From Mytilus trossulus (Eukaryota), in contig NC_086386.1 of assembly GCF_036588685.1 (NCBI RefSeq), positions 75,144,001 to 75,208,000 on the forward strand: a stretch of 64,000 nt of DNA. Reading direction: 5' to 3'. Position numbers and translations under genes: made by a program. The notes below the pieces were generated by a model. The model was not told the origin of the DNA. It worked only from the letters and a program-made list of their open reading frames with translations, and searched no databases. The number at the start of each line of letters is the position of its first letter. Position 1 is the stretch's first letter. Shown here in pieces: positions 27,168 through 40,560 of this stretch.

Positions 27168-29044
27168 GTTTGTATGACAAAAATACTCATAGGCGAAATG
27201 ACATCTACGTGTCCAGATATATCAAGCGATTTAATATTCAGTATATTTCAGTTGTGAAAAAACCTTTGTATCCTTATTTTAATTATAGATGGACTTAGTT
27301 TTTCAGCCAGTTAACATTACATTCACATATATTTATTGCAGTTAAAGTTTAAACAAATTTAATAAAACTCTTAAACTATCCTGGATTTGTACAAAACTTG
27401 GACAGGAACTTGTTTATTATATAAAGCTATAATATAAAAGGAAAGTTTGTAAAATTTGTTATCTGTTTTTCTGTATATAGCATGTACATGGCCTTACTTT
27501 GTCTTTCAGTTAATAGTATATATAGTCTACAGTTAAAGTTTTAAAAACATTTATTAGATTCATAACCCATCCTGGAATTTTACCAAAGAGACAGTAACTT
27601 CTTACATTCTAAAGATAATATTTAAAGGAAAGTTGTCAATATTTGTTGAGATTGCGACTTGCAAAAAAAGTAGACGAGATACTAGGTTCCGCCAAATCCT
27701 TACGATTTACTTTTAGGATAATTACAAGCAAATTTTAAGCTTGAAACTGTTAATGAAAGCGTTTCTTTTAAGGAAAGATCGAATTCAAAGTTGAAATGTT
27801 TTTCTTTGTTATACAATAGCTTGAATAAAGGTGAAAATCAACAATTGTAATGTGTTTTTGATCAGGAAACAACAATACTAAAATTAAATTAAACACATTT
27901 GTTCAGAAAGGTTACTACCAATAGTAAAGATGTCTCATTGAATAAATATATATCATAGAATTTTCATTGCTCAATTTTAGATGAAAATAAGTCCTTCAGC
28001 AGCTTTTATTGCGACTTCGTTTTGAATAATTTGGTCATTTACCTGACTTACTTATGCAAACGTTTCCGCATCACTTTTGTTTTTAAAACACTTTTTGCAT
28101 CTATTAGTAAAAAAAGTTATCATTTGAATTATTAGTTTGATATGTTTTCATTTTGATATTATAATACTTAGAAGTCATATTAACAAACATGATACTTCTA
28201 TCAGCTATGATTTGAAACAAGAATTGAGAAAGTCAGAAACATAAACACAACCAAAAATAAATGAATTTAGCTATGGTCAAATTGCCAAATACACTCATGC
28301 ATTAGAGAGCGTGGTTTCATATTATCGAAGATTGTGCCTCTAAAGAAGCAATCTGAAGCTTGAATAACAAGGTGTGATAGTTTTGCCACTATGTGTGATA
28401 CAATTAATATTTGAGAGAAAAAATCACATGTTTATCCAATTTGAGCTTCGTGAAACTGTTTTAGATAGATACCGTATCATGCTGGATATTTCTCATGTTT
28501 CGGCTTAAACTGAAAAATACGAAAATATCAAAAATTGCTGATCATGACAGAGGCAAGTTTTAAAAATAATTTGCCATTCAATTATTCATAGTCGTAACAA
28601 AAGAAATTAATATAGAAAAATCTCCGAAGGAATGTGGTATACGATTATTCATATGTGGATTAACGTACAATAAAATATATTAATAGATTGCTGCTTGCAG
28701 TGCCAATGAAATAGGAATATCCTTGGGTTTAAACATTTCACCTAGTCTAAACTGCATCCGTCCTCCATGAGTTCAACTTTAATACAGTTATACGAAATAA
28801 TTTTCCTAAAATCTTTGACTTTACATATTTTGGTTTAAACATCGTTTTCATCGTCCTCTTCTCCAAAAATTGCGATGTGAAAAGTTGATTCCTACAACTA
28901 TCAAATACTGGTACTAGCCAAACTATACGTGTAGCAACTGTTGTGTCAAGCTTTTTACCTTTGCATGTAAAAAATAAGTTATCGAAAAACTACTGAAGAA
29001 ATAATACCCCAAAAGAAAATCAGCAAAACACATTTCATTTATAC

Positions 29045-30247
29045 AAAAAAGTATTGCAACACCAAACTCAAATTCAAATTAAAAAAAAACCTCTTTTTTT
29101 GTGATATAATTAAATAGAACTAGTTTATCATTATTTGAATCTCACCTGAGTTTAATCAATAACTATTGACTCGATAAGTTCTTATCTGCACATGCAGCAA
29201 CTGTACCCGTAAACAATAATACAGATGTGAAGTTATGTGATTGACATCTTGTAATTGGTCATCCTCGACTCTTAACTGAAGCAAGATGGCAGATTATCAG
29301 CATGAGAGAAGCAGGTATGTCGCTGTGACAATTGCACGTATTGTTGGTCATCACCATTCCACTACATGTCATTATGAGAATAAAATACAGAAAACAAACG
29401 ATGTTAAAGACCTTTCGAGATCAAGAAGACCCCCCATAACATCTTCTAGGGAAAATTAAGCATAATGAAGTCTGTTAAGAAGGAAACCCATTGCAAACAA
29501 TAACAATCATAAAAAGAGTGTTGGCCATACAGTAACCTTTAAACAATTACTGTTCGAGATCGACTCATCGCTACTGGTTAACGTGCGATAAGACCCTTTC
29601 GGGGATATTTGCATACGTATAGACACATAGTTACCCGTATCCAATATAGTGCAGAGCTCGCCAAAGTTGGAAATAAGCCTCGTTGAGGAAGATCAATTGT
29701 TCCAATGAAATTCTGTTTATCTTTTGGCTCGATTGCAGCCCGGATTGGGACCATAGCGTGCATATATTAGACACAATTGGGCGTAAAGTGTGCGAAATGA
29801 CACCCCAGTTCAACCACGTCATCAAATAAACAATGCCCTTCATCAGGAATGGTTGTTGCTACCTTAGCAATAAATTAGTCAACTTTTAGCAGGAATCAGA
29901 AGACGTTAAGAGGCGGTTATCCGTTGGAATGGAGGCTGCGCAAAAAGTATTAATTCTTTGGCGTATATCGATCAACCAGGATGTGAACAATCATCTTAAG
30001 ATTAATTTTGAAATGTCTGCAATTGTAAAGTTCATCTACAGTAAAAGTTGTAAAATGCATTTATTTTTGTACAAAAAACACTCCACTTTGTAATCCATAT
30101 TGTGGTTAGGTTAATCATTTTTTTTTTCATACAATTTTTGTTCGTTTTGATGCCAATGTTATCATTAACTATGTTTTGACATGATTTAACATTTTTTTTT
30201 ATATTCCATCCAAACAATCAAGGTGTTGCAATACTTTTTTCCATGTG
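29045..30247 (+). mobile_element. Decayed Tc1/mariner DNA transposon in the intron before the STAND exon
   Basis: 19-bp perfect inverted repeat aaaaaagtattgcaacacc (29045) / ggtgttgcaatactttttt (30222), TA at the right flank, and transposase remnants RWQII.MREAGMS, VKDL.RSRRP.IT and W..CSPD...(WPARSPDLNPIE-like). Confidence 0.78.
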
Positions 30248-31049
30248 TATATATCAAACATTATTTTTGGCAAGAAGTGTATGTTAGCATGCCTCTGCTG
30301 GTGGACTATTAGTCCCCGAGGGTATCACCAGCCCAGTAGCCAGTACTTCGGTACTGCCATGCAAATACGGATTTTTTTGTGTTATTAAAATTTGCTGTTA
30401 CAAAATGATAGAAATTATTATAAATTAAGGAATGTATCTTCCTCATGCAAAGCTCTGATTCCTTTCACGGATTTGGCTTTTTTTTTGGAACTTTTGGATT
30501 ATAGCTCTTCATCTTTTATATAAGCTTTGGATTTAAAATATTTTGGCCACGAGCATCACCGAAGAGACATATGTAATGCGCATATAACTCGGGTGTGTTT
30601 TTATACATCCCGTTTGAAAAGAATAAAAATTTACTCATTTTTTAATTTGCTGATGCCAACATCGATATATGTGCCAATGCAAACTATATTAAAGCTCTAA
30701 TTACAACAAAGATAAGACTACATTTACTGATAACCTTGTTTATCGATCGTTAAATAAAGGCGACAGTAGTATTATAGTATACCGCTGTTCAATGACATCA
30801 CTTCACACACAGGGATGTATGTTGCTATATAATTTTCTCAGGGTTAATGAATGTAGAACCACGATAAAACTAGTTAACTTTGACCGTACGGCTAATGTTA
30901 ATGTTTGTATAAGTCCAGATGTGAACAATTACGAATGAAACTTTTTGTATGCATCAGGTTCATACTGAATACTGAATATATGGTTACTTAGGCCATGAGT
31001 GATTCAGATAAATGAAAATAAAATCACGAATAAGTTTTTGTCTTTATAG

Positions 31050-34000
31050 GTAGCTTCATGGCGAAGAAAGAAGAAGAATGGGAAGAAGAGAGTTCATGGT
31101 TTGTACAAACAAAGGCATTTACCTATATCGTTAATAATTTAGATGAAAGACATTTGACTGTTGTAGGAAATCCAGGTATGGGCAAATCTATGCTTCTGCA
31201 CCAGACAGCTATATATCTAAGGAATGTAAAAGGTTATTCTATATACTCTTGTCGTGGACCATCAGATTTAGTTAGTCAATTTAGGACAGATACAAAACAA
31301 GTGTTCATTTTAGATGATGCGTTAGGACAGTACAGATTAGTACAGTCGAATGTTGACCAATGGAAACAATATGAAGTCAGAATTGCAAGACTCTTACAGA
31401 GTAAATCAGTAGTGGTACTATCTTCGTGTAGATCGGACGTGTTTATAGAAAAACAATGCCAAAGCCTTTTGATCTTTTCTGGGTGCCGATGTGATCTTAA
31501 TGATGGTGATAACGCAATTGATAGACAGGAAAAACTTACAATTGCGAAAAGATACCTCAGTCAACAAACAATTTCTGAAGTTATATCAGACGTGGACAGA
31601 TTTGATACGTTCCCATTGTTATGTCGTTTGTATACAGAGAGAGTAACCTTGAGCTCTATTAAATTTTTCCATGAACCGTTCAATTTTTACAAGGAAGAGT
31701 TGGATGGGTTTTACAAAGAGGATGGTGGGATAAAATGTTGTTCTCTATTTCTCTGTGTTATACACAATGGATACCTCAATCAGACAATACTGATGGATGA
31801 GTCTACATCTCCTTTTTGGCAAGAATTCAAAGCAGTCTTTGAAGAGTTTCGATTAGATCCAATTATGTTTCAAGAAAGCGTTCTTTATTACTTAGATACA
31901 CTTGTAAACCTTTATCTCATAAAGAAAGATGACGATTTCCATGTGTTACATGATAGATTATTCGATTTCCTTTGCTTCTATTTTGGTCAGCGCCACCAAC
32001 AACTAATGATAAATTTTGCTGACAGTAGAATTATCAGGGACCGAACTTTATTAGATACTTCACAAACCAGTTCAGAAGAATTTACAATTGTCATAGATAC
32101 ACAGAATGAGAATGATTATATTCAAAGATTGGTAAAAGATATGTTAAGTGGTAATATCGAGGATGTACTGTATAATCATCAGATGCGTTATATGGATTTT
32201 AGGTGTAAACTTCTAGCTCATCTTCAGAAATTAGATGACGATGATTTCACAGTCACAAATGTATTAAGCGAGTTTTTAGTTAATGAAAATGTAAAACCAT
32301 GCATATTAATACCTATTAATTTTGCATGCAAATATGGTTATAAAGAGTTATTTCATTTTTTTCTAACTAAAACTAAGGATATCAATGCATATGAAGGAAA
32401 TAATATTCCTCTCATAACAGCTTGCCGAAAAGGAGATACATACATGACAGGCTTGCTTTTAGATAGAGGTGCGGATGTTAATCAAACAGATGTTTTAGGG
32501 TGTTCACCATTACTTTGGTCATGTGTATATGGAAATTTATCGATAATAAAAATGCTTCTTAACCAGACAGCAGACATAGAAAATATTGAGGTATATAACA
32601 AGTCTAGTCCTTTGATATGGGCTTGTGTGGGTGAATTCTTATTATTTTGCAAGTCATTACATATTATAAAAGAGTTTCCTAGTTCTTCTATTGTAGATGA
32701 AGTTATTTCCATTCAAGTCGAAAATGCAAACGAACAATATTTCACTCAAGAACAAATAATCGATGTGTTTTTAACAGTGCTAAAAAATGGCTATTCAAGA
32801 GGTTGCTTCGAAGCAGAGGAAAAATATGTGAAGGGCACACCATCAGGATTTTTGAGTGATGTGCGAAACATACTAAGAATGATAAGTAGAGACGATAAAG
32901 AAGTTGATCATGATGTTAGTATCCAGTCTCATGAAATTGATCAGACTTCACCATTTATTGAAATTATGAATTTATTCTTTGATAGAGGTGTTGACATTGA
33001 CAAGTCTTCAATTGGTGGTATAACAGCACTTTCATTTGCTTGTATGGTTGACATGCATAAAAGTCAGTCCGTTAGCTACCTTCTTTCAAAAGGAGCATTT
33101 GTCAACAAATGTGACATAAAAGAAACATATCCCCTAGAAATTGCAATGAAACGTGGAAAGGAAAACTTAGTTAAGTTACTTGTTGACAATGGTGCTATAG
33201 TTAATTGTTCGGCTGATGGAATATCTCCAATAGATTGGGCAATTAGTAAACAAAATATTCTTATTGTTGATAGTCTCATTAATGCTGGAGCAAACATAGA
33301 TAAAAGCTATGAAAATGGGACTACACTCATTCATTGTGCAATAAAGTCTTGCAATGAAGAAATCATTAAATTATTGATTAAAGGAGGAATATCGGTTAAC
33401 TGTGTCAATTCTGCAGGGGAGACCCCCCTTATGGTTGCATTAAATCTTGGCTTATCAAAATCTGCAGCATTTTTTATCAAAAAAGGAGCCAACGTTGATA
33501 CGTATGATTCTAAAGGACAATCATCGCTAATGATTGCATCATCAAAGGGACATGTTGATATGGTTGAAATGATGCTAAGAGAAAAACGAAAATTTACGAA
33601 AAGGCAAACTGTAGATTGCCTTTTTTCTGCATGCCGAAATAATCACATGCAAGTTGTTAGTTTCTTGTTAAAGAAAGGCTGTGACATCAATATAGCTGAA
33701 CCAAAGTATGGAAATACATGCTTAATAGAGGCTGTTCGTGATGGGTATGCATGTATGGTAGCTCTTTTACTCGATAAAGGGGCAAATACTAATGCTTCAA
33801 ATAGCGCTGGGGAAACTCCTCTTACAATGGCATCTAAGAATGGCCATACTGAAATTGCTCGACTTCTCGTTTCAAAAGAAGCTACAATGTATGAGTCGAA
33901 CAACAATATTGAATGTTCTCTTATCCTTGCATGTATAAACAACCATTTAGACATTGTCAAATTATTAATAGATAATGGATGTAATATTGACTGTATTGAA

Positions 34001-35086
34001 AAGACAAATAAACAAACGTGCTTATCTTTGGCTAGTTATTACGGCTATGACAAAATTGCGGCATATTTGATCGAGCATGGAGCCAATGTGAATTCCCAAA
34101 ATTATAAAGGGAATACCCCTCTTAGGCTAGCAACTTTAAGGTGCCATTTCAACATTGTTAAGATGTTGGTTGAAAATTTAGCTGATATAGATATACGAAA
34201 TAAAGAGGGTTCAACTGCCGTATCGGCAGCTAGTTATCACAGAAATTACAAAATTCTGGCATATTTGATCGAGAATGGAGCCGATGTAAATACCCTTAAC
34301 AATAAAGGCAACACCCCTCTAATGCTAGGAGCCTCAAATGGTCATTTAAAAATTGTTCAAATGTTGATTGAAAACAAAGCTGATATAAATATTCAAAATG
34401 AAGAGGGGTTTACATGCATAGCCGTAGCTTGTTATCATGGCAATGACGAAATTGTGGCTTACTTGAATGAGCATGGAGCCAGTGTGAATACCCAAAACAG
34501 TAAAGGCAACACCCCTCTTATGCTAGCATCATCAAAGGGCCACTTAAACGTTGCGAAAATCTTAATTGTTTACAAAGCTGAAATTAATATACGAAATGAT
34601 ATAGGAAATACCGCTCTTATCCTAGCAGTCTCTAAGGGTCATTTAAACATTGCTGAAATGTTGGTTAAACATGGAGCTGATGTGGATATTCGAAACGAAG
34701 AGGGGTCTACATGCTTATCTGTGGCAAGTGGTAAGGGATTAGACAGTATCGTGCGGTACCTACTGGGTGAAATTGCTAGTATAAATACGGCAAATAATAA
34801 CGGAGATTCACCTCTGATGTTAGCCTCAAAGAATGGCCATGCATCAACTTTTAATATCTTACTTGATTACGGAGCAAAGGTGAACAACAAAAACAAACAG
34901 GGCTTATCATCTTTGGATTTCGCACGACAAAACGGACACTCTGACATAGCAGATGTTATTTATGAAATTTCACAAAGAGAATTTAAAGATAAAGTTAAAA
35001 ATTTAATTTTACTTATTTTATTTATACTTACTTTTTGGTTATATATAGTATTACATGAAGATATGTATGATGCCGACGAGGAGTAA
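31050..35086 (+). CDS. Terminal 4-kb exon: novel STAND NTPase 3 (nSTAND3) domain, ~24 ankyrin repeats and C-terminal transmembrane helix
   Basis: Acceptor tctttatag|31050, in phase with ORF 31058-35086. FVQTKA pre-motif, Walker A GNPGMGKS (31166-31189), Walker B VFILDDALG (from 31301), SSCR sensor, FPLLC and HDRLFD motifs. Repeated TPLxxAxxxGHxxIVxxLxxxGAxxN ankyrin units and a hydrophobic LILLILFILTFWLYIVL tail. Confidence 0.93.
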
Positions 35087-35699
35087 CAATATTGCTATTG
35101 CATTTTTTTCTCCAGCCTTTTTATGTTTTAGGTTGATATGTGTCATACATTATCTTAACTGTTTTTCGTATGCTTGTTGAAAGATCATAAACATTAGTTA
35201 AACTTATAAATGCACGGGAATCGTAAGTGGCCTATGGTATAAAAAAAAATATTTTATCTTTTCTTTGGCAGAAATTTTACTTGAGCATGTGTGCTATGTT
35301 AAACAATTCTTGAGTTTTGTCTATTTCATCATGAACCCGCCAAATGGTTTCAGTACAACCAAAGTATTATCTAATTGTAAGAAAACTGTAATGATATCAT
35401 ACCAATTTTTAATATTTTAAATTAAAAGGACCATCAAAGTCCTCAAGTTTCCTTCTTCTGTGTATATATTTTCTTCTAATAATGTTGTCTGTTTTAACTT
35501 ATTCCATATTTAAGATATTTGTTATCTTTGACCTTTAGGACTTGTGGGGAGCTATTACTACTATCGTGTTTCTGACATCATTTGATTTTGAAATCTCAAT
35601 TAAAGAACATGGCAAATTGGAATCAAACATGGCCCCAAAGAGAGACCCTTAGTCCCATGTTTATAAGCGAAAAGTACAATTTATATATTTGAAAAGGAC

Positions 35700-36110
35700 C
35701 GATCCTATAACCTTTTTGAAGACTTTATCATCTCTAGATTATAATCACATTTTGTATCCAGAATCCATGACAAAGGAGACGATTTCAATTTTGAAATTAT
35801 CATTTCTGCCCACCTTAATTGCAATATACAAAATTCACCTGCAAATGGGATAAACATTGCCCCAACTCATTCGGTATTCAAGAACGTGCAGTTGTTGATC
35901 AGACTTTGTAAAACGTTATCAGTATCTGCATGAGCAGAAAGTTAATGAACCAGGGTTATGTCCAAGAACCTAGCGTCCTTTTACGAAAAAAGGTTCCTCG
36001 GAAGAAACCAAGACCTTGTTGAAAAATATTCCGTATCAACTTCACAAATAATACATGATGGTTTAGGTGTATAGATTATAGGTATTGACATTGTTTATCA
36101 TCTCTATTAC
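35700..36110 (+). mobile_element. Decayed Penelope-like RT C-terminal fragment
   Basis: Reads as K.DDFNFEII..AHL.CNI..SPA.GI.I..LIRYSR.C with frameshifts. Confidence 0.6.
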
Positions 36111-38257
36111 ATGTTCGTGGTCGTGATCCAGGATTTTTAGTTTAGGGGGTGGGGTGCAAACTACAATTTGTTTTAGGTAAACTTATCGAAATATTCTTTA
36201 TTAAGATGCGGACAACCCACGCTTTGCAAATTTAATGGGGATGCACGCCCGCCGAGTCCCCGTCTGAATCTGCCCCCCGTGGTGTTATAGTGTACTTTTA
36301 TTTGTCTTTATAAATTATTAACGTTTAGCGTTAGGTCCATATTTTGGGTAATATTCTTTATGCGTGGCCCGGTTCTTGTAAATCCCGTCACTGTGTTGTT
36401 GTGCTGTGGTCATTTTTTGTATTTATGTGTTTCATGTATACGAATACGAATGCGCTTTGTCTTAATGCCATTTTGTTAGCTTTGTTGATATATGTGTTTG
36501 TTTAAAGTGATTGAGATTATAACATAAGTTTGACTGCTGTTCCATATTTTTGACATTTTTACCTATAATGTCTGTTAGTTTTGTTCACACATCGTTGTCA
36601 ATTTAACGTTATGTAAAAGTAGCACTTACAATTAAAGTGAAAAGAAAACATTTTGTTTCACGATTCTTGCATTTAAACAGTTTATTGAATAATAGCTAAG
36701 TTTTTGTCGGCAGTTCTTGTTTAAAGAAAAGATTTCAATGCCATTTAAAACAACATTTATTTTACATAATATCCAAAAAGAAAAAAAAGTTGCTCCAACA
36801 AATGACTGATGCGCTTAGATAGTTCAGTTATAAAGTGGTAATAAAATTCTGCTACTTTTCAATGTCATTTGCCAGGATGCGAGGACTTAAGTGTAGGTCG
36901 AACTATGCTACATTTGAAAACTTTCGTGTAAAACTATCTTATGAGGCAATCTTTACAAATACTAGGTCCGTTATAACTTCCGTCATTTCATGAGGTAAAT
37001 ATTGTAAATTGTCTTAGGTAAATATTTGAAGAAATTAGAATTGTCAAGGATCCAGGAAGGATTTGTTTGGTGCGTTTTGCATTTTCATCAACATGACAGT
37101 TATTCTCAATTTGTTTGATATGTTTGGTCTTATAAATTTTCCATCTGTAAAAGATGTCTGTTTGACATTTTCCTTGATATTCAATATATGTGTCACATGT
37201 ATTTTACTTTTTTACTCTTGACTCAAAATAGCAAACTTCTTTTTGTTTAAGCATATAAGAACTTAATATAAACAAGAGATTTATTTGTCATACCCTCGTC
37301 TTGATACAAAAATACTTGTATTTAGAATAAGTGATCGTTCCCTCGCTATTGAAACTTGAAGATATAAAAAATATTCGTCGCTTTCAAACTCTTTATAAGT
37401 GCAAATTTCTGGATGAACAATCTCATTTATTTTTATTATGTAAAATAAATGATGATTTAAGACACGTCTTTTTTAATGATTTAAAATCTAAATACAAAGA
37501 TTTTTCTGATAATGAAATGAAATATATACTAAATCCACCACTAGTCAGCAAGTGAAATCTTTGAGCTCCTTTATTTAACAGCATATGGAACTGAGGACAG
37601 TCAGGAGGCACTTGAGGTCATTTGTTGTATTTGATATTTTGTTTTGTTTTATTTTTATGTAAATTTAAATGTCATCACATATGTTATTACATGTTATTTG
37701 TATGCGTTTGACCTATTATGACTGTAATTTATGCTTTATAAATAATAAAATATATAAATGATTCACGTTACAAAGTTTTGTTCTATGGTTTTTCTATTGT
37801 CCCAGATCTCATTCTCATGGTTCAGGGACTGCTTGAAAAATTGCATAGTTTTTAATTGTGAAGTGAAATACTTTATTCTATTATTGGTAATGAATAGGAT
37901 AGTTATATTTGGTATATGAGATACTAACAAAGCCTATCTGCCTGTTCGACAGGATTAACGTCGACGTCGATCCCATAATATTGAGTTAACGTGGTCAAGT
38001 TTCGAATACCTTATGCAATATGTTACTCATATTTGATGTGTGGTAAGATTTCAATGTCTGCATGTCCGTCTGTATATGATTTTTGTTCATGGTTCATCGG
38101 TCAATTTTAAGCTTTTTAATGGTTTGTTAGTTTATTATAACTATACGTAATTGGTCAACTGTGTTTTTGTATGGGATGGTTGTAAGGCAAACATATCTGT
38201 CTGACCCATTTAATTTTACATTGACCTCATTTACATGGATCATTGATAATGTTAATA

Positions 38258-40560
38258 AAAAATAAGATATAGTATGATTATCAATGAGACAACTTTCCAC
38301 AAGAGACCGAATGACACACAATCTACATCTATAGGTCTACGTACGGTTTAAAGCTTCAACAATGAGTTAAACATATACCGAACATTCACTCAAAAAGGCC
38401 TCGATATGACAAATAAATGTAAAACAATTCAAACGAGAAAACTAATGCCCCAATTTATGTACAAAATAATGTACGAAAACCAAATATGGCGGGGTTAAAC
38501 TAGTTTGAAGGTGCGCCTATCCTCCCCTTACCTGGTACAGTTGTCTAGCAGTACAACATAAGAACAAACTATAAAAATCAGCTAAACAGGGCCTAACTCG
38601 TCAGATTGATAAAACACAGAAATTCATCTAACAAAAACATTGAGTTGACGTGGCAAAGAACTTATACATCCCAAATCTAAAACATAACTATGTACAGATC
38701 TGAGAGTACTTGCAGTTATTGACAGCTATTTCAAATCAATAACAATTCAGGCAGATAAAACTATAGGACGTAAGTTTATGCGGTAAAGCGATATGATATA
38801 ATTGCCCATGATTTTAAAAGAATAGTGAAAAAAAAACGGAACTCAAAAGCTCAAACACATCAAACGAATGGAAAACAAATGGCATATTCCTAAAGAAAAA
38901 AATGGGTTAAACCTGGTTTAACAGCTAGCACACTTTTAACACAAATCCAATCATGATAAGTAAAGCAGTCGAAGCGTGTCGGTGTGTTTTCTCTTGTATT
39001 TCCATCAAAATAAAAAAAAATAAGATATAGTATGATTATCAATGAGACAACTTTCCACAAGAGACCGAATGACACACAATCTACATCTATAGGTCTACGT
39101 ACGGTTTAAAGCTTCAACAATGAGTTAAACATATACCGAACATTCACTCAAAAAGGCCTCGATATGACAAATAAATGTAAAACAATTCAAACGAGAAAAC
39201 TAATGCCCCAATTTATGTACAAAATAATGTACGAAAACCAAATATGGCGGGGTTAAACTAGTTTAAAGGCGCGCCTACCCTCCCCTAACCTGGTACAGTT
39301 GTGTAGCAGTACAACATAAGAACAAACTATAAAAAAACCAGCTAAACAGGGCCTAACTCGTCAGATTGATAAAACACAGAAATTCATCTAACAAAAACAT
39401 AGTGTTGACGTGGCAAAGTACTTATACATCCCAAATCCAAAACATTAATATGTACAAATCTGAAGGTACTTGTAGTTATTGACAGCTATTTCAAATCAAT
39501 TACAATTCAGGCAGATAAAAACTATAGGACGTAAGTTTGTGCGGTAAAGCGATATGATATAATTGCCCATGATTTTAAAAGAATAGTGGAAAAAAAAACG
39601 GAACTCAAAAGCTCAAACACATCAAACGAATGGAAAACAAATGGCATATTCCTAAAGAAAAAAATGGGTTAAACCTGGTTTAACAGCTAGCACACTTTTA
39701 ACACAAATCCAATCATGATAAGTAAAGCAGTCGAGGCGTGTCAGTGTGTTTTCTCTTGTATTTCAATCAATATATAAAAAAAAGATGTGGTATGATTGTC
39801 AATGAGACAACTTTCCGCAAGAGACCGAATGACACACAATCTACATCTATAGGTCTACGTACGGTTTAAAGCTTCAACAATGAGTTAAACATATACCGAA
39901 TATTCATTAAAAAGGCCTCGATATGACAAATAAATGTAAAACAATTCAAATGAGAAATCTAATGCCCCAATTTATGTACAAAATAATGTACGAAAACCAA
40001 ATATGGCGGGGTTAAACTAGTTTAAAGGCGCGCCTACCCTCCCCTAACCTGGTACAGTTGTGTAGCAGTACAACATAAGAACAAACTATAAAAAAAACCA
40101 GCTAAACAGGGCCTAACTCGTCAGATTGATAAAACACAGAAATTCATCTAACAAAAACATAGAGTTGACGTGGCAAAGTACTTATACATCCCAAATCCAA
40201 AACATTACTATGTACAGATCTGAGATTACTTGTAGTTATTGACAGCTATTTCAAATCAATAACAATTCAGGCAGATAAAACTATAGGACGTAAGTTTATG
40301 CGGTAAAGCGATGTGATATAATTGCCCATGATTTTAAAAGAATAGTGAGAAAAAAAAACGGAACTCAAAAGCTCAAACACATCAAACGAATGGAAAATAA
40401 ATGTCATATTTCTGCAGAAAAAATGAGTTAAACCTGGTTTAACAGCTAGCACACTTTTAACACAAATCCAATCATGATAAGTAAAGCAGTCGAGGCGTGT
40501 CAGTGTGTTATCTCTTGTATTTCAATCAATATAAAAAAAAAGATGTGGTATGATTGTCAA
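38258..40560. repeat. Near-identical tandem array, ~760-bp unit x3
   Basis: gtatgatt(a/g)tcaatgagacaactttcc...gaccgaatgacacacaatctacatc begins at ~38270, ~39030 and ~39790, and a fourth start at ~40550 runs into a dispersed-repeat copy. Confidence 0.92.

Noticed and set aside
32482-33960. Minus-strand ORFs overlapping the ankyrin exon, and the other short ORFs in the track
   Set aside because: They are antisense shadows of real exons or chance ORFs in repeats, with no recognisable motifs.
37331-37555. 74-aa ORF resembling a LINE ORF2 C-terminus
   Set aside because: Short and decayed, so not a gene. The family cannot be assigned by eye.
38951-38990. Possible hammerhead in the 760-bp tandem unit
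   Set aside because: It lacks both the CUGANGA and GAAA cores.
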